In this document: piece after piece, positions 15,726-23,129 of the stretch | How the letters are laid out: every line of letters starts with the position of its first letter | How positions within the stretch are numbered: the stretch's first letter is position 1 | NCBI RefSeq assembly: GCF_013116615.1 | Contig: NZ_JABFJW010000124.1 | Reading direction: 5' to 3' (one strand) | Origin: Corallococcus exercitus | GTDB lineage: Bacteria; Myxococcota; Myxococcia; Myxococcales; Myxococcaceae | DNA length: 23,256 nucleotides | Made by a program: the position numbers and the translations under genes | The notes under the pieces: model-generated | Seen by the model: the letters and a program-made list of their open reading frames with translations, nothing else | The model's database searches: none | What the model was told of the DNA's origin: nothing

Positions 15726-16619
15726 ATGTCCCTGTTCGCGCGCCTGCAGGCCCTGCTGTCCGCCCACCCGTCCGCCCCGGCCACCTCCGCCGGACAGACG
15801 CCCGCGACCTCCGCCGCGCCCACGGCGGCAGGCGCTCCGACGGATGCGGAAGCTGCCCCCGCGCCTCCGCCCGTCTGCACGCGCTACCTGCCCGCGGGCC
15901 AGATCGTCGTGCGCGAGGGCGACCCGGGCCATTCGATGTTCGTCGTGCTGGAGGGCCGCGTCGCGGTGCTGCGCGGCGGCGACAACGGCGCCAACACGGA
16001 GGTCGGCCGCCTGGGCGCCGGCGAGTTCTTCGGCGAGCTGGCGCTGCTCACCGGCACGCAGCGCACCGCCACCATCGTGACGGTGGAGGACGCAGTGCTG
16101 CTGGAGCTCACCCAGGCCGGCGTCCGGGAGCTGGGCAAGGACTACGGCGTCAAGGGCGAGCAGATGCAGGTCACCGCCCGGGAGCGCCTGCTCGCGGACG
16201 CGCTGCGCAGCAACCCGCTCATCGCCGCCCTGCCCCCGGAGGTGCAGCACGAGCTGGGTGACGCCTTCGTCCCCTGCACCGTCCCCGCCGGAGAGACGCT
16301 GCTCACCCGGGGCCAGCCGGGCGACGCGCTCTACGTCCTCATCCGGGGCCAGTGCGAGGTCTTCCACACGCACGGCGACGGCCGCCAGTCCCCCTACCCC
16401 ACGCTGGAGGAAGGCGCCCTGTTCGGGGAGATCTCCCTCTTGCGCAGCCGGCTGGCCACCGCCACCGTGCGCACCGTGACGCCCTGCACGCTCCTCAAGC
16501 TGGAGCGAGACGTGTTCAAGAAGGCCTTCCTGGGCCAGCCCGACCTGCGCGGCGCCCTGGTGCGGCTGGGCCTGGAGCGGCTCAAGCACACGATGGAGGT
16601 CATGGGCGGGCCAACGTAG
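15726..16619 (+). CDS. Tandem cyclic-nucleotide-binding (CNB/CAP-effector) domain protein with an Ala/Pro-rich N-terminal region
   Basis: ATG at 15726; the ORF track starts at TTG 15717. There are two complete CNB domains with phosphate-binding-cassette motifs: GEFFGELALLTGTQRTATIVTVED and GALFGEISLLRSRLATATVRTVTP, each preceded by the usual beta-roll context (…IVVREGDPGHSMFVVLEGRVAV…; …LLTRGQPGDALYVLIRGQCEV…). There is no HTH, kinase, TM or other output domain. Confidence 0.85.
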   Translation: MSLFARLQALLSAHPSAPATSAGQTPATSAAPTAAGAPTDAEAAPAPPPVCTRYLPAGQIVVREGDPGHSMFVVLEGRVAVLRGGDNGANTEVGRLGAGEFFGELALLTGTQRTATIVTVEDAVLLELTQAGVRELGKDYGVKGEQMQVTARERLLADALRSNPLIAALPPEVQHELGDAFVPCTVPAGETLLTRGQPGDALYVLIRGQCEVFHTHGDGRQSPYPTLEEGALFGEISLLRSRLATATVRTVTPCTLLKLERDVFKKAFLGQPDLRGALVRLGLERLKHTMEVMGGPT

Positions 16620-16640
16620 TCCTCGGAGCCTCCCGCGGCC

Positions 16641-17234
16641 TCAGCCGTGGAGCGTCTCCCCGGCCTCCAGCATCGCGACGAACTTCTCCAGCCGCCGCGC
16701 CCGCGTCTCGGGCTTCTTCGCCTCGTGGAGCCGGTAGAGGATGGCGTAGCGGTTGGCGCTCTTGAGCGTGGCGAAGAACGCCTTTGCCTTCGGGTTCTTC
16801 TCCAGCGCGAGCGTCAGGTCCGCCGGCACCTCGATGGTCTTCGCCCCCGCGTACGCGGCCTCCCAGCGGCCATCCGCGCGCGCCGCCTCCACCTCGCGCA
16901 GGCCCGCGGCCTTCATGCGCCCGGCGGCGACCAGGGCCTCCACCTTGCCGCAGTTGATCTTGGACCACTTGCTGCGCGGGCCGCGCGGCGTGAAGCGCTG
17001 GAGCCAGTACTCCGCGTCGAGCGCGTCCTTCTGCCCGTCGATCCAGCCGTAGCAGAGCGCCACCTCCAGCGCCTGGGCATACGTCACGGACGGGATGCCG
17101 GACTCCAGCTTCGCGAGCTTCACCCAGACGCCCGGCGCGTCGGCGTGATGCTTCTCCAGCCACTGCTCCCACGCCTTCTCCGACGCGAACGGCACGACCG
17201 GGAGCTCCTGCTTCACCTTCGCCTTCTCCTTCAT
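16641..17234 (-). CDS. YdeI/OmpD-associated (OmdA, 'bacteriocin-protection') family protein
   Basis: ATG at 17234. The ~197-aa protein MKEKAKVKQELPVVPFASEKAWEQWLEKHHADAPGVWVKLAKLESGIPSVTYAQALEVALCYGWIDGQKD… matches the size and N-terminal W/L-rich pattern I recall for the YdeI-like family. The family call is from memory. Confidence 0.65.
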   Translation of the reverse strand: MKEKAKVKQELPVVPFASEKAWEQWLEKHHADAPGVWVKLAKLESGIPSVTYAQALEVALCYGWIDGQKDALDAEYWLQRFTPRGPRSKWSKINCGKVEALVAAGRMKAAGLREVEAARADGRWEAAYAGAKTIEVPADLTLALEKNPKAKAFFATLKSANRYAILYRLHEAKKPETRARRLEKFVAMLEAGETLHG

Positions 17235-17278
17235 CCGGGGGCCCGCCTTTCCCTGTCCCGCGCTCGCGCGACGGGTTC

Positions 17279-18085
17279 ATGACAATCCCACTCTACCGGC
17301 GGAAGGCGGCGGGCGCGGAAGCGGTTATGAAACACGCCATGGTTGATTCCACCCTCCCGCCGCCCGGCGCCGTGCCGCCCTCGCTCGCCCGCGTGGCCTT
17401 CCACGCCGTCGCGGCCGGGCTCACCCCGCTCATCCCCGTGCCCTTCCTGGACGACTATGCCCTGCGCCAGGTGCGTGAGCAGTCCGTGCGCGACCAGCTC
17501 AAGGACAAGGGCCTGAAGGCGCCGGACAAGGCCGTGGCGGTGCTCGCCGGCTCGTACGAAGCGCGCAGCCTGGGCGGACAGCTGATGTCCTATCTCAAGG
17601 CCGTGGCCCTCTTCCCGGTGCGCAAGGTGTTCCGCAAGGTGTTCTTCGTCCTCTGGGTGAAGGACTGCGTGGACCTGACGAGCGCCTGCCTGCACCACGG
17701 CTACCTGCTGCACCACGCGCTCCAGCGCGGAGACCTGGACGCGACCTCGCTCCAGGGGGACGCGCCCCGGAAGGTGCAGGCCGCCATCGTCGCCGCCTGC
17801 GCGGAGTTGGACGCCCGCCCCATCAACCAGGCCCTGCGCCGCATCTTCCGGAGCAGCCGGGTGCTGATGGCCGAGGCCACCCGCGCCTTCATGGATCCGA
17901 AGCAGGGCGGCGCCCGGGTGCCCGACCCGAAGAGCGAGAGCGCGGAGGTGAAGTCCCTCACGGACCGGCTCCTCCAGGAGATGTGGGAGGAGCGCGGCTA
18001 CTTCACCGCGCTGGAGAGGCACTACGACAAGCACCTGCGCGGCGCCCCTGCCCCCACGCAGGCCCCGGCCGCCACGGGCACCTGA
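17279..18085 (+). CDS. Hypothetical protein (no recognised domain)
   Basis: An ORF of 268 aa from ATG 17279; the alternative ATG at 17327 gives MKHAMVDS…. High GC3. Its start region overlaps the divergent promoter of the YdeI-like gene. It ends 20 bp from the stop of the convergent membrane protein gene. Confidence 0.55.
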   Translation: MTIPLYRRKAAGAEAVMKHAMVDSTLPPPGAVPPSLARVAFHAVAAGLTPLIPVPFLDDYALRQVREQSVRDQLKDKGLKAPDKAVAVLAGSYEARSLGGQLMSYLKAVALFPVRKVFRKVFFVLWVKDCVDLTSACLHHGYLLHHALQRGDLDATSLQGDAPRKVQAAIVAACAELDARPINQALRRIFRSSRVLMAEATRAFMDPKQGGARVPDPKSESAEVKSLTDRLLQEMWEERGYFTALERHYDKHLRGAPAPTQAPAATGT

Positions 18086-18104
18086 GGCCGGCCGGCGCCA
18101 GACC

Positions 18105-19112
18105 TCAGGGCGCGGGCGCGGTGGCGGTCTGAAGCGGCGCGCGGATGCGGGCGGAGAAGTCGTCCCGCCCCTGCGCGGCCAGGGCGCGCGCGTTGATGTG
18201 GTAGCGCTGGCGGACCTGCGGCAGCGGCACGTCCGTGTCGATGATGCCCAGCTCGTAGGCGAGCTCGTCCGCGAACGCCGGCATCAGCGTGCGGTGGTCG
18301 TACGGCACGTCCTTCGTGGCCACCTTCTCGAAGTGGCGCACCAGGTTGGTGGTGCAGTTGCTGGTGAGCGTGTCGTAGAACTCCGGCTGCGAGTGCAGCC
18401 CGTTCATCCGCTGCACCATGTCCAGGAAGAACGCGGTGATGCGCTCCCGGGACGCGTTCACCGGATACACATACACGACGTCGTGGCGGAAGTTGGACCG
18501 CAGCTGGATCAGGTCCCGCTCGTCGCCCACGACGTAGGCGATTTCGAAGCGGCGGAACAGCCCGCCCAGCGCGGAGAAGGTCTCCCCCTGCTCCCGCCGC
18601 ACCTCCACGGAGAACACCACGCGGCGGCCGTCCTGGAAGCCGAAGCTCACCATCGTGTGCGCGGCGCCGTAGAACCCGGAGAAGGGCTCCACGATGAACG
18701 ACGCCTCCGTGAGCGCGTCCGTGTCGTAGGTGGCCGTGTACCAGGCGGGGTCCCAGTCCGTGGTGCTGCGGTAGCGGAAGTCACGCACCTCGTGCAGCGT
18801 CACCTTCGAACCCGCCACCTCCGCCCACGGCGCCCGCGCCAGGTCCGGCGCCCAGTCGCGCGTGTTGGAGGGCTGGAACGTCCGCACCCAGCCCTGCACG
18901 CCAAGGCACCCCAGCAGCATCACCGCCACGCCCCAGCGCCGGGAGCGCCACCGCCAGGCCGCCACCGCCGCGGCCACCAGGGCCCCCGCCACGAGGGTCC
19001 GGGCCCCGTGCGGCCCCTCCGGCCCCGTCCCCGTCAGGGCCAGGGCCAACGAGGCCCAGGCGCCCCCCAGGAGGAGCACGAGCCCCGACATGGCGTTCTT
19101 CCAGATGCGCAT
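18105..19112 (-). CDS. Membrane-anchored protein with two N-terminal TM helices and a large periplasmic/extracytoplasmic domain (tentatively DUF4105-like)
   Basis: ATG at 19112 (alternative ATG 19091). The N-terminus [28 protein letters not shown]…[17 protein letters not shown]…[15 protein letters not shown] has two hydrophobic helices, followed by a ~250-aa soluble domain. The DUF4105/Lnb-type resemblance is a weak recollection and not verified. Confidence 0.6.
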   Translation of the reverse strand: MRIWKNAMSGLVLLLGGAWASLALALTGTGPEGPHGARTLVAGALVAAAVAAWRWRSRRWGVAVMLLGCLGVQGWVRTFQPSNTRDWAPDLARAPWAEVAGSKVTLHEVRDFRYRSTTDWDPAWYTATYDTDALTEASFIVEPFSGFYGAAHTMVSFGFQDGRRVVFSVEVRREQGETFSALGGLFRRFEIAYVVGDERDLIQLRSNFRHDVVYVYPVNASRERITAFFLDMVQRMNGLHSQPEFYDTLTSNCTTNLVRHFEKVATKDVPYDHRTLMPAFADELAYELGIIDTDVPLPQVRQRYHINARALAAQGRDDFSARIRAPLQTATAPAP

Positions 19113-19298
19113 GCGGCCGAGTATCCGCGCCCCATGCCGCTCGTGTCACGGCCACGGATTCCGGGCGCAACCCCGGCGGGCGGCCGGGCGCGGATCCGCC
19201 CTTCCAGGAAGGTCCGGGCGTTGTCGCCTCCACCTACCTTGACCGCTTTTCCCCGGGTGTGCGACGAAAGGGGGTCCCCTGCTTCCAGGAGCCCCCCG

Positions 19299-19526
19299 AT
19301 GAGCGACGAGCGCGAAGACACGACCATCTACAAGGTCGTCGTCAACCACGAAGAGCAGTACTCCATCTGGCCCGCGGACCGTGAGAACGCGCTGGGCTGG
19401 AAGGACGCCGGCAAGCAGGGCCTGAAGGCCGAGTGCCTGGAGTACATCAAGGAGGTCTGGACGGACATGCGTCCGCTGAGCCTCCGCAAGAAGATGGAAG
19501 AGGACGCGGCCCGCAACAAGAACTGA
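19299..19526 (+). CDS. MbtH-like protein (NRPS adenylation-domain chaperone family)
   Basis: ATG at 19299 with AGGAG at 19286-19290. The 75-aa sequence [65 protein letters not shown]… contains the MbtH signature NxExQxSxWP…GW…CLxYIxxxWTDMRP. Confidence 0.9.
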   Translation: MSDEREDTTIYKVVVNHEEQYSIWPADRENALGWKDAGKQGLKAECLEYIKEVWTDMRPLSLRKKMEEDAARNKN

Positions 19527-19550
19527 AGGCCGCGTGCGCTTCCCACCGCG

Positions 19551-19600
19551 CCCTCCCCGCTTCAACGGGGAGGGTGGGCCGGACCGGCTAGAGGTCCGGC
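19551..19600. terminator. Pair of stem-loops between the convergent MbtH-like and LuxR genes (likely terminators)
   Basis: ccctccccg (19551-19559) and cggggaggg (19566-19574) form a perfect 9-bp stem with a 6-nt loop. A second hairpin follows: ccggacc (19579-19585) / ggctagag / gtccgg (19594-19599). Confidence 0.4.
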
Positions 19601-20274
19601 GGAGGCCTGACGCCCAGGTGGCAGGCGCGCAGGGCAAGCTGGGTGCGATTCTCCGCGCCCAGCTTGCGGTAGAGCTGCGTGACGTGTGACTTCACGGTGC
19701 GCTCGGCGATTTGAAGGTGCGCGGCGATCTTCAGGTTGTCCGCCCCGCCCGCCACGTACTGGAGCACCTCGCGCTCCCGCTGCGTGAGCAGCAAGAGCAC
19801 GCTCGCCGTGGGTGACGTCACCGGCGGATGCTCGAAGTCGTTGCGCAACAGCTGCACCGGGAAGAGGCGCTCGCCCCGCACCAGCGACTGGACCGCGGAG
19901 GACACCGCGTTCACGCCCAGCCCCGCGCGGAAGAGATACCCGGAGGCCCCTTCGTCGAAGCACTGGGAGATGACCTCCGGCGTGCTCACCGCGGACAGAA
20001 GCAACATGCGCACTTCCAGCCGGCGCTTGCGGGCCTCACGCAGCAGGTTGAGCCCCTCCGTCACGGAGCATCCGATGGCGGCCTCGCCGTCGCTCTCCAC
20101 GTCGAGGATGGCCACCTGCGGTGGATCCGTGCCAAGTCCGTCCAGGAAGCCGCGCACGTCGCGCGTCACCGAAGTGGAATGACCCTCACCCCGAAGCCCA
20201 TCGGACAAGCCCTGCCAGGCCGCCCACGGTCCTTCGAGAATAGAAATACGAACTGCCGATTGATTCGCTGCCAT
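19588..20274 (-). CDS. LuxR/GerE-family transcriptional regulator with an atypical (possibly phosphorylation-independent) receiver-like N-terminal domain
   Basis: ATG at 20274; the ORF track starts at TTG 20331. The C-terminal HTH is LTQREREVLQYVAGGADNLKIAAHLQIAERTVKSHVTQLYRKLGAENRTQLALRA. The N-terminal domain has receiver-like topology with a candidate phospho-acceptor Asp (AILDVESDG) and conserved Ser (LLLSAV). The acidic pair is replaced (RISILEG instead of …DD) and the conserved Lys position is Arg (YLFRAG). Confidence 0.85.
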   Translation of the reverse strand: MAANQSAVRISILEGPWAAWQGLSDGLRGEGHSTSVTRDVRGFLDGLGTDPPQVAILDVESDGEAAIGCSVTEGLNLLREARKRRLEVRMLLLSAVSTPEVISQCFDEGASGYLFRAGLGVNAVSSAVQSLVRGERLFPVQLLRNDFEHPPVTSPTASVLLLLTQREREVLQYVAGGADNLKIAAHLQIAERTVKSHVTQLYRKLGAENRTQLALRACHLGVRPPPDL

Positions 20275-20759
20275 GCGATGGCCCCCCAGCCGTCGTGGCG
20301 AATTGCTTTCAATGCTACCTGTCGACTTCAACCTGCCCCGGAGTCGGTGGAACCGCGGCGGAACTTCCGCCAGTGCTGAGCGTGCGAGAACCGCGCTTCA
20401 ACTCCATCCGGGGGTCTTGTCAGTGCTGCCCTGCGGACTGCGCTTGCGACTGCCGAACTGGCCCATCCGGGCCGTTCCTCCCTTTCCGTTTCAGGCAATT
20501 CCTGCCAACCGAGACCCTAACATCATCCACGGCCTGTTGCGAACCGCCCCTGTCGGGACTGTCAATTGCGCACGAATCGTATCGAAATCCAGGGCCCTGT
20601 CCGTCAGGTCGTGATCGCTGTCGGCCGCGGGACACGCATCCGGCGTCCAGATTCAGATGTTTTGCTCGGTGTTTCGGGCAATGGCGGCACATGGGAGCAC
20701 TGTCGCGCGGAGATGGCGCGTCCTGGACGCCAAGGGCGTATGCTGTGCGTCCCGCGCGC

Positions 20760-21539
20760 ATGACTCCCTCCGCCCCCGCACCCCACGTCGACGTCGCCAC
20801 CCCCGAACGCGTCGCGCTCTCCCTGCCCGTGGCCGGTATCGGCTACCGCTGTCTGGCGTGGCTGGTGGACGCGAGCCTGCTGTTCTTCTTCTGGGTGGCG
20901 CTCTACTTCGTCATCACGCTGCTGGTGTCCGACGTGCTGGGAGCCTTCCAGGCGCTGTCGGGCCTCACGCAGACACTGCTCGCGGTGGGCCTCTTCGCCA
21001 CGCAATGGCTGTACTGGACGCTGGCGGAGGTCTTCTTCCATGGACAGACACCCGGCAAGCGCGTGATGCGCATCCGGGTGGTGCGCGAGGATGGCTCGCC
21101 GGTGGGCTTCTTCGAAAGCGCGGTGCGCAACCTCTGCCGTGCGGTGGACTTCCTGCCCGTGCTCTACGCCACCGGGTGCATCACCATGCTGCTGGACTCG
21201 CGGCACCGCCGGCTGGGGGACCTGCTCGCCGGCACCGTGCTGGTGCGCGAGGAGGCCATCGACCTGGACAAGTACACCCAGGCGCCTCCGGCGGACGCCG
21301 CGCCCGGCTCCACGCCCGGCGCCGGCATGCAGCGGCCCCTGGACGCGGAGGACGTGGAGCTGGTGCTCGCGTTCCTCGCGCGCGCGCCCGGCCTGGAGCC
21401 GGAGGTGCGCCAGCGGCTGGGCGCGCGGCTGGTGGACCGCGTGGGCGCGTCGCTGACGGACGAGGAGCGCGCGCGGGTGCTCCAGTCCGCGGAGGCCACG
21501 GAGGCCTTCCTGCGCACGCGCGCGAAGGCGGCCCACTGA
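20760..21539 (+). CDS. RDD-family integral membrane protein
   Basis: ATG at 20760 (alternative in-frame ATG at 20691). …AGIGYRCLAWLVDASLLFFFWVALYFVITLL… and …FFHGQTPGKRVMRIRVVREDGSP…DSRHRRLGDLLAGTVLV carry the RDD motif pattern (Arg…Asp…Asp with the GxTPGKR loop). The C-terminal tail is soluble and Ala/Arg-rich. Confidence 0.75.
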   Translation: MTPSAPAPHVDVATPERVALSLPVAGIGYRCLAWLVDASLLFFFWVALYFVITLLVSDVLGAFQALSGLTQTLLAVGLFATQWLYWTLAEVFFHGQTPGKRVMRIRVVREDGSPVGFFESAVRNLCRAVDFLPVLYATGCITMLLDSRHRRLGDLLAGTVLVREEAIDLDKYTQAPPADAAPGSTPGAGMQRPLDAEDVELVLAFLARAPGLEPEVRQRLGARLVDRVGASLTDEERARVLQSAEATEAFLRTRAKAAH

Positions 21540-21540
21540 C

Positions 21541-22551
21541 ATGGCCGTGCCCCTGCCCACGTTCGTCACGCGGCGCCGCCCGGACTGGGACGCGCTCCAG
21601 GCGCTGCTCACGCGCCAGCGCTCGGGCCGCCTGGGCCTGACGGAGCTGCGCACGCTGGACACGCTGTACCGGCGCGCGGCCGCGGACCTGGCGCAAGCCC
21701 AGACGTTCTATCCAGGCACGGACGCGCACCGCTTCCTCAACCAGCTGTGCGCGCAAGCATATGGCGCCATCTACCAGCCGCCGCGCGAGCGCTGGGCCTC
21801 CACGCGCGACTTCTTCCGCCGCGACTTCCCCGCCACCCTGCGCCGCGAGGCGCGCTTCGTGGGCGTGAGCGCGGGCTTGCTGGTGCTGGGATTGCTGCTG
21901 GGCGCGCTGGTGGTGACGCTGGAGCCGCGCGGCGCGGAGCTGCTGGTGCCGGAGGGCGTGCGGCGCTACGTGGCGCAGGGGCGCATGTGGACGGACGACC
22001 TGTTGTCCGTGGCGCCGCCCAACGCCGTGGCCTCCGGCATCGCGACCAACAACCTCACCGTCACGCTGTTCGCGTTCGCGTCCGGCATCCTCCTGGGCGT
22101 GGGGCCCATCTTCACGCTCGTGAACAACGGCGTGCTCATTGGCGCGGTGGGCGCGCTGTGCTTCCGCGAGGGCATGGCCGCGGGCTTCCTGGACTTCATC
22201 GCCGCGCACGGGCCGGTGGAGCTGTCCATCATCGTCATCGCGGGCGGCGCGGGGCTGATGGTGGGCCAGGCGCTCATCGACCCCGGCGAATTGCCGCGCG
22301 CGCAGGCGCTCCAGGCGCGCGGACGTGAGGCGGTGAAGCTGGTGGTGGGCTGCGCGCCCTTCCTCGCCGGCATTGGCGTGGTGGAGGGCTTCATCTCCCC
22401 GGGCCACCTGTTCCCCACCTGGGCCAAGGTGGGGCTGGGCCTGTCACTGGGAGCGCTGTTCTGGCTCTACCTGTTGCGCGCGGGCAGGACGGACGCGGGC
22501 GTGGCGCGCGTGGACGTACCGGAGGCCATGGCCTCCAGCCGCTTGCGCTGA
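21541..22551 (+). CDS. Stage II sporulation protein M-like (DUF95/SpoIIM family) integral membrane protein
   Basis: ATG at 21541, 1 nt after the RDD stop, so translationally coupled. A ~100-aa cytoplasmic N-terminus is followed by 5-6 hydrophobic helices (…FVGVSAGLLVLGLLLGALVV…; …NNLTVTLFAFASGILLGVGPIFTLVNNGVLIGAVGAL…; …VELSIIVIAGGAGLMVG…; …VVGCAPFLAGIGVVEGFISPG…), matching the DUF95 architecture. RDD–DUF95 pairs are commonly adjacent. Confidence 0.65.
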   Translation: MAVPLPTFVTRRRPDWDALQALLTRQRSGRLGLTELRTLDTLYRRAAADLAQAQTFYPGTDAHRFLNQLCAQAYGAIYQPPRERWASTRDFFRRDFPATLRREARFVGVSAGLLVLGLLLGALVVTLEPRGAELLVPEGVRRYVAQGRMWTDDLLSVAPPNAVASGIATNNLTVTLFAFASGILLGVGPIFTLVNNGVLIGAVGALCFREGMAAGFLDFIAAHGPVELSIIVIAGGAGLMVGQALIDPGELPRAQALQARGREAVKLVVGCAPFLAGIGVVEGFISPGHLFPTWAKVGLGLSLGALFWLYLLRAGRTDAGVARVDVPEAMASSRLR

Positions 22552-22982
22552 CGGTGCTTGAGGATGCGCTCGTAGGCGGCGTTGAGCTCGCGCATCTGCT
22601 CCGCGGAGCCGCCCCGGTCCGGGTGCCGCTCCATGGCCAGCGCGTGGAAGCGCGCGCGGATGACGTCCGCGGAGTCCAGCGGCGACACGCCCATCGTCTG
22701 GTACGGGCACTGCTCCTGGACGGCGGTGAGCCACTGGTCCAACCGGGCCTTCACCTCCACGAAGCGCGCGTCCGCGTCCGCGGTGTCCTTCACCGGGTGC
22801 GTGCGCATCTTCGCGTCCGCGCGGAAGACCTCGCTGTAGGTGCTGGACACCCAGCGGTGGCATGAACCGCACCGGTAGTACTTCACCCGGCTCCCGGGCT
22901 GGAGCGTCATCATCACGCCGCAGTGGGTGCACTCCACCGTGACGTTCTCCAGTGTCTGCCAGCTCGCGACCGCCGCACTCAT
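22467..22982 (-). CDS. J-domain (DnaJ-like) protein with an N-terminal 4-Cys zinc ribbon
   Basis: ATG at 22982. The N-terminus …CTHCGVMMTLQPGSRVKYYRCGSCHRW is C-x2-C-x17-C-x2-C. The J-domain YQTMGVSPLDSADVIRARFHALAMERHPDRGGSAEQMRELNAAYERIL has the invariant HPD. Its 3' end overlaps the DUF95 gene by ~85 nt (convergent). Confidence 0.75.
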   Translation of the reverse strand: MSAAVASWQTLENVTVECTHCGVMMTLQPGSRVKYYRCGSCHRWVSSTYSEVFRADAKMRTHPVKDTADADARFVEVKARLDQWLTAVQEQCPYQTMGVSPLDSADVIRARFHALAMERHPDRGGSAEQMRELNAAYERILKHRQRKRLEAMASGTSTRATPASVLPARNR

Positions 22983-23129
22983 GGTGACTTCGACCTCCGT
23001 TCGCAACACGCCTGTAGCAGCGGCAACCTCCCACGTCCGGCGATCCCGTCAAGAAAATGTCGTGGACGACCCAGGGGGAGCCCCCGGGCGCGCTGCCGGG
23101 CTTCCCGGGTTTCGGGTAGAACGAGGCCC

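Noticed and set aside
20273-20614. 113-aa ORF starting at an ATG inside the long LuxR–RDD intergenic region.
   Set aside because: Third codon positions are frequently A/T (gaa, ttg, ctt, tca, cta, agt, act…), unlike the >85% GC3 of genuine genes here. There is no RBS and no recognisable motif. It is more likely non-coding regulatory DNA.
20676-20700. Possible sigma-54 promoter (tGGCACatgggaGCAc) upstream of the RDD gene.
   Set aside because: The GG…GC spacing is one nucleotide short of the -24/-12 consensus (TGGCAC-N5-TTGCW) and the -12 element lacks the TTGC core. It is not convincing without EBP-binding sites.
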